Virus record (IMG/VR): IMGVR_UViG_3300009161_000051
Span: 1 to 59,310 of that record
Length of the DNA: 59,310 nucleotides
Reading direction: 5' to 3' (one strand)
Source of the DNA: a virus
Lineage: Duplodnaviria; Caudoviricetes
This document shows, piece after piece, positions 37,523-45,613 of the stretch. Numbering within the stretch: the stretch's first letter is position 1; every line of letters begins with the position of its first letter. Position numbers and translations under genes: made by a program. The notes below the pieces were generated by a model that was given only the letters and a program-made list of their open reading frames with translations, was not told the origin of the DNA and did no database searches.

Positions 37523-39205
37523 GTGATGTTTGACCCGTCTGCGCTGTCAGTGGACGCGATGAAGGCTGTCGTCCTTAATCTGGAGAAGGAGCGACTGGAG
37601 AAGAGCTTGTATGACTTCACGGTGGCGGCATGGAGGCACGTTGACAGCGCACCCTTTGCTCACGGTGGCTTTGCTCTACAGGCTGTGTGCGAGCATCTGG
37701 AGGCTTGTGTGGATGGGCATATCCGCAACCTGATCATCAACATCCCGCCGAGGTTTAGTAAATCTACCATCACAGGCACGATGCTTCCGGCGTGGACGTG
37801 GGCGCAGAGGCTCGACAGCCCGACATCCGGCGCAGGTGTCCAGTTCTTACACAGTGGGTATGCTCTCAACCTGTCACTGCAAGACAGCGTCAAGTGTCGT
37901 CGGCTGATGACATCAAGGTGGTATCAGCGCAGGTGGGGCGACCGCTTCAAGCTACTGGGTGACCAGAACACCAAGACCCGCTTTGAGAACGACCGCAACG
38001 GTATCCGCAACACCGTATCGGTTGGATCGGCGACCACAGGTCTGGGCGGTGCGTTCTTGATTGCGGACGATCCTAACAATGCGCAGGAGGCCAACAGCGA
38101 GGCGATCATCACGTCAACCAATGAATGGTGGGACATGGCGTGGAGTACTCGCCTGAATGACCCTAAAACGGGGTGCAGGATCGTCGTACAGCAGAGGCTT
38201 TCAGAGCAGGATATCACGGGGCATATCCTGTCCAAGGATGTTGGTGAGTGGACGCACCTGATGTTGCCTATGCGGTTTGAACCGGAGCGGCGCATCTACA
38301 CGGTATTAGTTCCTGCTGATATGACGGATGACGGTGAGGCGGTTGTGTGGACTGATCCCCGTGAGACAGCGGGGGAGCTACTGTGGCCTGAGCGGTTTGG
38401 CGAGAGCGAGATCGACCTGTTGGAGCGGACACTTGGACCGTATGCGGCGGCGGGGCAATTGCAACAGCGTCCTGAACCTGCGGGTGGCGGCATCATCAAG
38501 CGTGTGTGGTGGGAGCCGTGGGAGACGGAGCAGTTTCCCGACATGGAGTTTATCGTTGCGAGTGTTGATACGGCTTACGGGGCCAAGGAGCATGAGGGTG
38601 ACTTCAGCGCGATGACGGTATGGGGCGTGTGGCGTGACAGCGGTGAGACGACAGCGGTTGCGTCGAGGAACGGTGCGTATGCCAGTGTGACGAGCCGCAT
38701 TGAGAAGGCTAATGTGGAGGCTGACGTTCCCAAAGTGATGCTGATGTTTGCATGGCAACAGAGGTTAGAACTGCATGAGCTTGTGACCAAGATTGGGGAC
38801 ACGTGTAGGAAGCTCAAGGTTGATCTGTTGTTGGTTGAGAACAAGGCATCTGGGATTAGTGTTGCGCAGGAGATCAGGCGCATCTTTGGTGCTGAGACAT
38901 TTGGCGTGAGATTGATTGACCCCAAGGGGATCGACAAGGTCAGCCGTACGTATGCGATCCAGCATTTGTTTAGTGAAGGACTGATTCATGCACCTGTGGA
39001 TCGTGTTTGGTGCGATATGGTTATTACGCAGTCTGCGCAGTTTCCCAAGGCAAAGCATGATGACTTGCATGACACGGCGACACAGGCTCTTTCATGGTTG
39101 CGTCAGAGCGGGATGATACAGCGTGGTGCTGAACGGACTGCTGAGTTGGCTGACAGTAAATTGTTTAGGGGCAACACTAACGATTTGCCATTGTACCCTG
39201 TTTAA
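37523..39205 (+). CDS. terL: Terminase large subunit
   Basis: NIPPRFSKS (Walker A variant), LIADDP, VVQQRL, QLQQRP, SVDTAY, VENKASG, FPKAKHDDLHD. Confidence 0.93.
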   Translation: MMFDPSALSVDAMKAVVLNLEKERLEKSLYDFTVAAWRHVDSAPFAHGGFALQAVCEHLEACVDGHIRNLIINIPPRFSKSTITGTMLPAWTWAQRLDSPTSGAGVQFLHSGYALNLSLQDSVKCRRLMTSRWYQRRWGDRFKLLGDQNTKTRFENDRNGIRNTVSVGSATTGLGGAFLIADDPNNAQEANSEAIITSTNEWWDMAWSTRLNDPKTGCRIVVQQRLSEQDITGHILSKDVGEWTHLMLPMRFEPERRIYTVLVPADMTDDGEAVVWTDPRETAGELLWPERFGESEIDLLERTLGPYAAAGQLQQRPEPAGGGIIKRVWWEPWETEQFPDMEFIVASVDTAYGAKEHEGDFSAMTVWGVWRDSGETTAVASRNGAYASVTSRIEKANVEADVPKVMLMFAWQQRLELHELVTKIGDTCRKLKVDLLLVENKASGISVAQEIRRIFGAETFGVRLIDPKGIDKVSRTYAIQHLFSEGLIHAPVDRVWCDMVITQSAQFPKAKHDDLHDTATQALSWLRQSGMIQRGAERTAELADSKLFRGNTNDLPLYPV

Positions 39206-39243
39206 TTGCATGGTATGTAAACACCTCAATTGGGAGGTTGTTT

Positions 39244-39513
39244 ATGGAAGACATTGTCAGCAGATTACGCACTTTGAATTTTATGGGGCCGTGGGCAGAG
39301 GCAGCGGATGAGATTGAGCGGTTGCGGGAAGCGTTGGAAACCTTTGCTAATAATGTAAAAGAAACAAACGAGGGGATTGATGAAAATTGGTCCAAGACAA
39401 TCTATCCATTAAAAGCAGAGAACCAAAGGTTGCGGGAAGAGATTGCGCTTCTTAATTCAATGATACAAACAGAACATACAATTATCCGTGCCGCATTGAA
39501 GGAGGTTAAGTGA
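39244..39513 (+). CDS. Modular mini-gene A (DIV..LR / AADEIERLRE / AALKE family)
   Basis: MEDIVSRLR...EAADEIERLRE...AALKEVK; GGAGG RBS. Confidence 0.65.
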   Translation: MEDIVSRLRTLNFMGPWAEAADEIERLREALETFANNVKETNEGIDENWSKTIYPLKAENQRLREEIALLNSMIQTEHTIIRAALKEVK

Positions 39514-39761
39514 TGGATATTGTTGAACGATTGCTTTTGTTGGCGGATGAAAAAAATTCCAACAAAGTATTGAGATTGGTTGATGAAGTTGCAGTTAAGG
39601 CCGCTGAAGAAATTATAGGGCTGCGAGATACTTTGGAGAACATTTTAAAAATCCCCAACAGTGAAGCGGCTCAAGGAATTATAAAAGTATTAGCTCGTGC
39701 AGCACTTGGGTTTGATGACCGCCGTCGTGATGATCGCGGTGATAACTTGGATGGGAACTGA
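39513..39761 (+). CDS. Modular mini-gene B
   Basis: MDIVERLL...AAEEIIGLRD...ARAALG. Confidence 0.65.
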   Translation: MDIVERLLLLADEKNSNKVLRLVDEVAVKAAEEIIGLRDTLENILKIPNSEAAQGIIKVLARAALGFDDRRRDDRGDNLDGN

Positions 39762-40001
39762 GTGATGACTGACATTGTAGACAGATTGAGAACCGTTGAC
39801 ATCAGTTGGAGTCAAGAAGCTGAGTGGTGTGCCGAGGCAGCCGACGAGATCATCAAGCTACGGGAAGACAAACAACTAGCATTTGAATTGATGGACGTGT
39901 TTATTAAAGAAACCAATCGAGTAAAGAAAGTGCTTCACCGGATTGCTAAGATGCAGTCAGCACAGAAAATAGCACAAGACGCACTGAAGGAGAAAGAGTG
40001 A
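39762..40001 (+). CDS. Modular mini-gene C
   Basis: MTDIVDRLR...EAADEIIKLRE...DALKEKE. Confidence 0.65.
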   Translation: MMTDIVDRLRTVDISWSQEAEWCAEAADEIIKLREDKQLAFELMDVFIKETNRVKKVLHRIAKMQSAQKIAQDALKEKE

Positions 40002-40204
40002 TGGATATTGTTGAAGAACTTAGGATAATGGCTCCATATTATCCAACTCAAGGGATAGCCGCTGACGAGATTGAGCGGTTGCGGGAAGTATTAGGAATGT
40101 GGTTGCGCTATAGCAAATCTGATTATGATGACCACGCACAGATGATTATTGATTGGTCTGAAGCAGAGGCCGCCACAAAGGCCGCACTAAAGGAGAAAGA
40201 GTGA
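40001..40204 (+). CDS. Modular mini-gene D
   Basis: MDIVEELR...AADEIERLRE...AALKEKE. Confidence 0.65.
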   Translation: MDIVEELRIMAPYYPTQGIAADEIERLREVLGMWLRYSKSDYDDHAQMIIDWSEAEAATKAALKEKE

Positions 40205-40533
40205 TGTTTGGAATGCCATCAACCAAACGTGAAGGACAAACCATGCTGAATATGTGCATGGAACAATGTGAAGGCGTCTACTTAATGGATGAGATTGAAC
40301 GGTTGCGGTTAGCTAACTCAGACCTTCAGATGCACTATGATTATGCCAAGGATGAGGTTTTAAAACTTGAGGCAGAAGTTAATCGTATGCGCTACGCATT
40401 GGATAAATACGATTGCCTTCACAGATGTACCGAGCCATGCGCTTTATATGCAATGGAAAAAGAACGCGAGAATGATTTCCCGCATATGATTTGCGGGTGG
40501 TGGGCATCTTCTGCGTTAAAGGAGAAAGAGTGA
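40204..40533 (+). CDS. Modular mini-gene E (Cys-containing insert)
   Basis: DEIERLR...SALKEKE. Confidence 0.6.
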   Translation: MFGMPSTKREGQTMLNMCMEQCEGVYLMDEIERLRLANSDLQMHYDYAKDEVLKLEAEVNRMRYALDKYDCLHRCTEPCALYAMEKERENDFPHMICGWWASSALKEKE

Positions 40534-40769
40534 TGAGTGAAAGAAATCCAAATTATGTTACGCCGGAAGAGGCATTCAAAAAAATATGCCCGTTAAAAGC
40601 AACATCGGACATTGATGACGTTAGCGGTCAGTGCGTCTCGCATGAGTGCATGGCATGGCGGTGGCATACTTACCAAGTTCAGATAATAGGGAAAGAGCGC
40701 ACTGGGCCTAACATTTGGGAAAAAGAGACAAGCAAGACCTACGGGCGATGCGGGATGGTTTCGGAATGA
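40533..40769 (+). CDS. Small Cys-motif protein
   Basis: TPEEAFKKICP...C.SHECMAWRW...GRCG. Confidence 0.6.
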   Translation: MSERNPNYVTPEEAFKKICPLKATSDIDDVSGQCVSHECMAWRWHTYQVQIIGKERTGPNIWEKETSKTYGRCGMVSE

Positions 40770-40858
40770 TGGATTTGTTGTTTTATATTGGAACAGCAGT
40801 AATTTGCATCTCGCCTCTACTACTTGGAATCATGATAACTCCTAAGGAGAAAAAATAA
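40766..40858 (+). CDS. 30-aa single-TM peptide (not in ORF track)
   Basis: MMDLLFYIGTAVICISPLLLGIMITPKEKK; overlaps both neighbours. Confidence 0.45.
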   Translation: MMDLLFYIGTAVICISPLLLGIMITPKEKK

Positions 40859-41013
40859 TGGCGACAAAAAAGAAAGGCATTCTCACATCAGCACCGCAGT
40901 GGTGGGATCATCTGAAGGACTGGAAGAAAGTATTTTGGAGCGCAGAACGCAATGCCGTTAAAAGAGAAATTGAAAAAGAACTTAGAAACTCAAGAAATAA
41001 GGGAGACTACTGA
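40858..41013 (+). CDS. 51-aa basic hypothetical protein (not in ORF track)
   Basis: AAGGAG RBS; MATKKKGILT..QWWDHL.DWKKVFW..ER. Confidence 0.55.
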   Translation: MATKKKGILTSAPQWWDHLKDWKKVFWSAERNAVKREIEKELRNSRNKGDY

Positions 41014-41645
41014 TGAATGTGGAAGATATTTTAATTGAAGACCTAGAACTTAGCACAAGACTGCACAATTGTCTCTTGAATGACAATCTTAAAACAATTG
41101 GAGACGTTCTTAAAATATCGCAAGAAAAAATGTTAAGATCACCTAATTTTGGAAGAAGATGTTTAAATGAACTTAAACAAGTATTGTTTGAACATAAAGT
41201 TCTATGGCCCAGTACTAAAAGCGGTGAAGAAATTCAGCTAACAAAAGAAGAACGTAGCATTGAAACTAGGAGACGGTGGAAAAAAGCTTACGTTTTGCAT
41301 CAGGCGGGATGGGACTGGAGTTCAATTGGCAAAGAATTAGAAGTTTCAAAACTTTCAGCAAAATCAATGGCTAAGAAATATCGTAAAGAACATGATATTC
41401 CAATTATTCCTGTTCCTATATGTTGGAAACCAATATCAACAGCACCAAGAAATGGAACAGCTTTTTTAGGAGCAAAATACTTTGGCTACACGATTGGTTG
41501 GCAACGGTACATATGCGTGTGGCATAACCCAACATCACAATTTGCAGCGTGTTTTAGTATTGCTGAAGGAGGTGAATTGTATCCTTTAAATGAAAAAAGT
41601 TTTCCAAGCCATTGGATGGCATTACCGGAGCCACCAAATGTCTGA
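41013..41645 (+). CDS. RNA polymerase alpha-CTD-like domain fused to HTH-like and DUF551-like domains
   Basis: IEDLELSTRLHNCL...IGDVL...MLRSPNFGRRCLNELKQVL; WKPISTAPRNGT...PSHWMALPEPP. Confidence 0.8.
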   Translation: MNVEDILIEDLELSTRLHNCLLNDNLKTIGDVLKISQEKMLRSPNFGRRCLNELKQVLFEHKVLWPSTKSGEEIQLTKEERSIETRRRWKKAYVLHQAGWDWSSIGKELEVSKLSAKSMAKKYRKEHDIPIIPVPICWKPISTAPRNGTAFLGAKYFGYTIGWQRYICVWHNPTSQFAACFSIAEGGELYPLNEKSFPSHWMALPEPPNV

Positions 41646-41874
41646 TGAAGCATTATTAGCTGACGGGTTTGAAGAAGCCTTGATCGGTATGGGGCGGCAA
41701 TTCAACCAAGACCTTGCCGTATATGATTTTGACAAGTGCGTTGAAATCTTGATGAAGCGTGATGGCATGGATTATCACGATGCCTGTGAGTTTATGGAAT
41801 ACAATGTGGTTGGTGCATGGGTTGGACCTGCAACACCTGTGTTTGTAGAGATAGGTAAGGAGCCTTCAGAATGA
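41638..41874 (+). CDS. Conserved phage hypothetical protein
   Basis: ADGFEEALIG...AVYD..KC..IL...A.EFMEYNVVGAWVG..TPVF. Confidence 0.65.
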   Translation: MSDEALLADGFEEALIGMGRQFNQDLAVYDFDKCVEILMKRDGMDYHDACEFMEYNVVGAWVGPATPVFVEIGKEPSE

Positions 41875-42017
41875 AAGAACCAAAGAACCTAAAACAAGAA
41901 CGCAATGATCAGATTAAAAAAGACCGTGGTGATGGCATGACGTTTGCTGAACTTGCTGCAAAGTATGGCATATCTAAAACTAGGGCGAGAAATATATGTG
42001 TGCCAAGTTATTATTGA
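41871..42017 (+). CDS. 48-aa HTH protein (Mor-like; not in ORF track)
   Basis: AAGGAG RBS; ERNDQI...GMTFAELAAKYGISKTRARNI. Confidence 0.6.
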   Translation: MKEPKNLKQERNDQIKKDRGDGMTFAELAAKYGISKTRARNICVPSYY

Positions 42018-42063
42018 AAATAATGGTTTTCATCTCGCGTAAATAATGGTATTGAATATTTAC

Positions 42064-42191
42064 GTCACGTATAAGGGAAACACCCCTGCATCCGCGACGG
42101 CAACGGGCAAGTGAGAGGCAATTTTAGGGGTTTACTCATGCACCTGAGATGCTGTGGCACTACAAGACAAAGTTCTGGCCTAATACGTGAC
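42064..42191 (+). ncRNA. Candidate structured non-coding RNA
   Basis: Intergenic; ends pair (GTCACGTAT-A-AGG / CCT-A-ATACGTGAC); internal ACCCCT/AGGGGT and GCATC/GATGC helices; strand inferred from flanking genes. Confidence 0.35.
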
Positions 42192-42250
42192 AAACAACTG
42201 CATACCAGTGAAACTTTGTAAGCCGTCACTAACTTAAACAAGGAAACAAA

Positions 42251-42625
42251 ATGAGCAATTTATTAGACAGACGACATGAAACACACGGCAATTTCCACGA
42301 GGTTGCAAAAATTTCAATGGGGATTAAAAAGTTAATTGAATTAAGCCCTAACGCAAAAAAGTTGACTGATTCTCAATTAGAATCGTTAAGTATGATTTCA
42401 AGCAAAATTGCTAGGATTTTGTGTGGCAATTCAAGTTACCGTGATCATTGGGATGACATTGCAGGTTACGCTGAACTTGGTGCGTCAGGGACTGTTAGCG
42501 TTCCTGATCAGATAGAACGCGACATTGCCGCTGTAGTTAATCATCTACAGGAAACAAGCGATGAAAAATTCCCGGACATTGTTACTAAACGCCGTGGATA
42601 TTTTAAATCTGGTGAAGAAAAATGA
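42251..42625 (+). CDS. DUF6378-like protein
   Basis: R.ETHGNF...KIARIL.GN..Y.DHWDDIAGYAEL. Confidence 0.7.
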   Translation: MSNLLDRRHETHGNFHEVAKISMGIKKLIELSPNAKKLTDSQLESLSMISSKIARILCGNSSYRDHWDDIAGYAELGASGTVSVPDQIERDIAAVVNHLQETSDEKFPDIVTKRRGYFKSGEEK

Positions 42626-43026
42626 ACAAGCAAGACAAATTCTACATAGAAATGGAAATAACTATTAATGAATATGTCCGGTACGCTGGTGAATTAACAA
42701 ACAATTCAGAATCGGGATTGTTGTTTGAAAAAGAGTACCAGAAGGCATTAATGAATGCTTCCGTGCTTGGTGAGCTTGATTACGCCACTGTAAAGTCAGC
42801 AATTTACAAAATTTGCAGGGTAATTAAGGATTTAGAAGAAAATATTGTGTCAAATGTTGATGAACCGCGCTCAATACGCAAGAACTTGGAAGAGTTAAGT
42901 TCAATTTTGCATATTTCACGGTCACATATTGACAATGCTATCAAAAGAACCCTTGAATTGCGCCCGTCAGGTAAAAAGGTTACACGTAAACCAACAATTT
43001 CTACGGGGCCATCACGATATGCCTAA
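42622..43026 (+). CDS. Hypothetical protein
   Basis: ATGA overlap, 134 aa. Confidence 0.5.
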   Translation: MNKQDKFYIEMEITINEYVRYAGELTNNSESGLLFEKEYQKALMNASVLGELDYATVKSAIYKICRVIKDLEENIVSNVDEPRSIRKNLEELSSILHISRSHIDNAIKRTLELRPSGKKVTRKPTISTGPSRYA

Positions 43027-43231
43027 TTATGTACAGTTGCTAAGGGACATGGCTACAAACAAGCCAACAGATATTGATCCTGAAGAATTAGCAGACTACG
43101 TTGAAATGCTTGAAAAAGCTGTTTTGCACGTAAACACCAACCTTTATCAAAATGATTTCAATGAATGGTGTTTTTTTGAACCATTTAAAGAAAATTTGTT
43201 TAAAAAGGCAGTTGATACGCTTACAAAATAA
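43019..43231 (+). CDS. Hypothetical protein
   Basis: MPNYVQLLRD start overlapping the upstream gene. Confidence 0.45.
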   Translation: MPNYVQLLRDMATNKPTDIDPEELADYVEMLEKAVLHVNTNLYQNDFNEWCFFEPFKENLFKKAVDTLTK

Positions 43232-43268
43232 CAGCAACGTCATAAGATGGGTAAGTCCAACCATGTGT

Positions 43269-43297
43269 TTGCGTGATTCCTTGAATTCTCGTATAGT
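43269..43297 (+). promoter_or_regulatory. Putative portal/head promoter with GANTC site in spacer
   Basis: TTGCGT-GATTCcttgaattctcg-TATAGT (17-bp spacer). Confidence 0.45.
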
Positions 43298-43324
43298 GTT
43301 GCTTCCATTAAAAGGATGTAGCAC

Positions 43325-45604
43325 ATGGCTGGACTTGTCCCTAATATCCGCCTCGTAGAAGACGCCCCCCAAGACGTTCCTACTGAAGGAATGGACGTTG
43401 TTGTAGTTGAAAACTCTGATCCAGAGGGCGATAACCTACAATACGATGAAAACGGTAATGTTTTGCGGATTGAACACGATGATGGATCAATCAGCGTGTC
43501 ATTGGACGGGCGTCCTATTAAATCCAACGATAAAGACACGCCGGAAAACTGGTTTGACAATCTTGCCGACGATATGAGCGAGATGGAACTCAGCAGGATT
43601 ACTGAAGACCTTTTGCGAGGCATTGGAGAAGACATAGAGAGCCGCAAGGACTGGATTGAGGACAGAGCGCAGGGATTGCGCCTTCTTGGTCTCAAAATTG
43701 AACTGCCGGGCCTACAGGGTTCCGCAGACGGCGCACCAATTGAAGGCATGAGCAAGATCAGGCATCCGTTGCTTTTAGAAGCCGTGCTGCGTTTTCAAGC
43801 TAATGCGCGTTCTGAGTTACTGCCTACTGACGGGCCTGTTAAAATCAGGAACGACGACACAAACGGTTCACCTGAAGAAGACAAACAAGCTGAAGACTTA
43901 GAAAAAGATTTCAATCATTATCTGACGGTTACGGCTAAAGAGTATTACCCAGATACGGACAAAATGTTGTTTATGCTTGGCTTTGGCGGATCAGCGTTCA
44001 AGAAAGTTTATTTCTGTCCGTTAAGAAATCGTCCTGTATCTGAAACTGTTGATGCGGATGATCTGATTGTAAACAATCAAGCTACTGATCTTGGAAATGC
44101 TCGCCGTATTACGCACAGGATTATGATGCGCCCGTCCGTTGTAAAGCGGATGCAGATCATTGGCGCATATCGTGATTGCGATCTTGGTCAGGCTGTTGCA
44201 AAGACGCCTAATGCAATTCAACAGGAAAAGAACGCACAGCAGGGCATTCAGCAAGATGTAAAATCTTCTGAAGATCGTGATCGTGAGATTTATGAGTGCT
44301 ACTGTGAACTTGATATCCAAGGCTACGAGCATACCATTGATGGTGAGCCTTCAGGTCTTGAAGTCCCATACCGTGTGACGGTTGACGTATCTTCCAAAAA
44401 GATTTTAAGCGTTGTCCGCAATTACGATGAGGATGAAGAACTTCCAGAAGCCAAGACAACATTTGTAAAGTGGGATTTTATCCCCGGTCTAGGTTTCTAC
44501 GGTATTGGTTTGCTTCACATTCTTGGCAATACGACAAATGCCCTGACAGCTACATGGCGTGAGCTTCTTGACGCAGGTATGTACGCAAATTTCCCCGGCT
44601 TCTTGTATGCAAAGGCGAGTGGTCGGCAGAACACAAACATTTTCCGTGTTCCTCCCGGTGGCGGCGCACAGATTGATACGTCAGGTATGCCGATACAACA
44701 GGCTGTCATGCCTTTGCCGTACAAAGAGCCTTCAGGCGCACTGATGCAGTTGTCTGAAAACATGAGCCAATACGGTCAACGTGTTGGTGGTACTGCCGAG
44801 ATGAATGTTGGAGAAGGTCGTCAAGATGCACCTGTTGGAACAACGCTTGCGATCATTGAACAAGCGCAAAAGGTTCTCAACAGCGTTCATAAGCGGATGC
44901 ATTCAGCACAGGCGGATGAGTTTCAACTTCTTGCACAGTGCTTTAGGGAGAACCCAACATCGTTTTGGGAACGCAACAAGCGTCCTGCAAAGAAATGGGA
45001 TGAACAGCAGTTTATAGCTGCTCTTGATAACTATTTGCTTGTTCCACAGGCTGATCCAAATACCGCATCGCACATCCAGCGCGTTATGAAGGTTACTGCT
45101 TTGATACAGTTGGCAAAAGAAGCACCACAGCTTTACAACATTGAAGCTGTCAATAAAGAAGCCTTGATTGCCCTTGGCTGGTCTAATCCTACAAGCCTGT
45201 TGCGTGATCAAGCAGAGCAGACTCCTCCTCCTCCAGAGGAAATGGCAAAGATGGCGGAAGCTCAAGCTAAAATGATTACGGCTCAAGCCAAGATTGCTGA
45301 AGTTCAAAGCGGCGGCGTTGGTGTACCAATGGACCCGGCAAAGGTGCAGATGGAACAGGCTGCAAATGAAGTAAAGCTGGCTGAGATCAAACAGCGTTCT
45401 ATTGATGCACAGTTGGACGCCATGAACCGTAAGCGCGACAGGGAAAGCCGTGAGAGAATCGCTACAGTGAAACTAGCTGAAACTATTGCAGAAAAACCTG
45501 AATCGATGGGCATCATGGACGGGATCATTAAACCTGATATGCTTACTCGTCTTGAAGGAAATGAAGAACCGTTTACACCAAATCCAGATGGCATTGTTAA
45601 GTAA
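43325..45604 (+). CDS. Portal protein (P22-like)
   Basis: 759 aa; HPLLLEAVLRFQA, GSAFKKVY, PGLGFYGIG, APVGTTLA; helical C-terminal barrel. Confidence 0.9.
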   Translation: MAGLVPNIRLVEDAPQDVPTEGMDVVVVENSDPEGDNLQYDENGNVLRIEHDDGSISVSLDGRPIKSNDKDTPENWFDNLADDMSEMELSRITEDLLRGIGEDIESRKDWIEDRAQGLRLLGLKIELPGLQGSADGAPIEGMSKIRHPLLLEAVLRFQANARSELLPTDGPVKIRNDDTNGSPEEDKQAEDLEKDFNHYLTVTAKEYYPDTDKMLFMLGFGGSAFKKVYFCPLRNRPVSETVDADDLIVNNQATDLGNARRITHRIMMRPSVVKRMQIIGAYRDCDLGQAVAKTPNAIQQEKNAQQGIQQDVKSSEDRDREIYECYCELDIQGYEHTIDGEPSGLEVPYRVTVDVSSKKILSVVRNYDEDEELPEAKTTFVKWDFIPGLGFYGIGLLHILGNTTNALTATWRELLDAGMYANFPGFLYAKASGRQNTNIFRVPPGGGAQIDTSGMPIQQAVMPLPYKEPSGALMQLSENMSQYGQRVGGTAEMNVGEGRQDAPVGTTLAIIEQAQKVLNSVHKRMHSAQADEFQLLAQCFRENPTSFWERNKRPAKKWDEQQFIAALDNYLLVPQADPNTASHIQRVMKVTALIQLAKEAPQLYNIEAVNKEALIALGWSNPTSLLRDQAEQTPPPPEEMAKMAEAQAKMITAQAKIAEVQSGGVGVPMDPAKVQMEQAANEVKLAEIKQRSIDAQLDAMNRKRDRESRERIATVKLAETIAEKPESMGIMDGIIKPDMLTRLEGNEEPFTPNPDGIVK

Positions 45605-45613
45605 GAGGTTGCT

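Larger units (their letters stand above)
39987..40535 (+). repeat. Three identical 17-bp gene-junction repeats AAGGAGAAAGAGTGATG
   Basis: At 39987-40003, 40190-40206 and 40519-40535; variant AAGGAGGTTAAGTGATG at 39499-39515. Confidence 0.9.
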
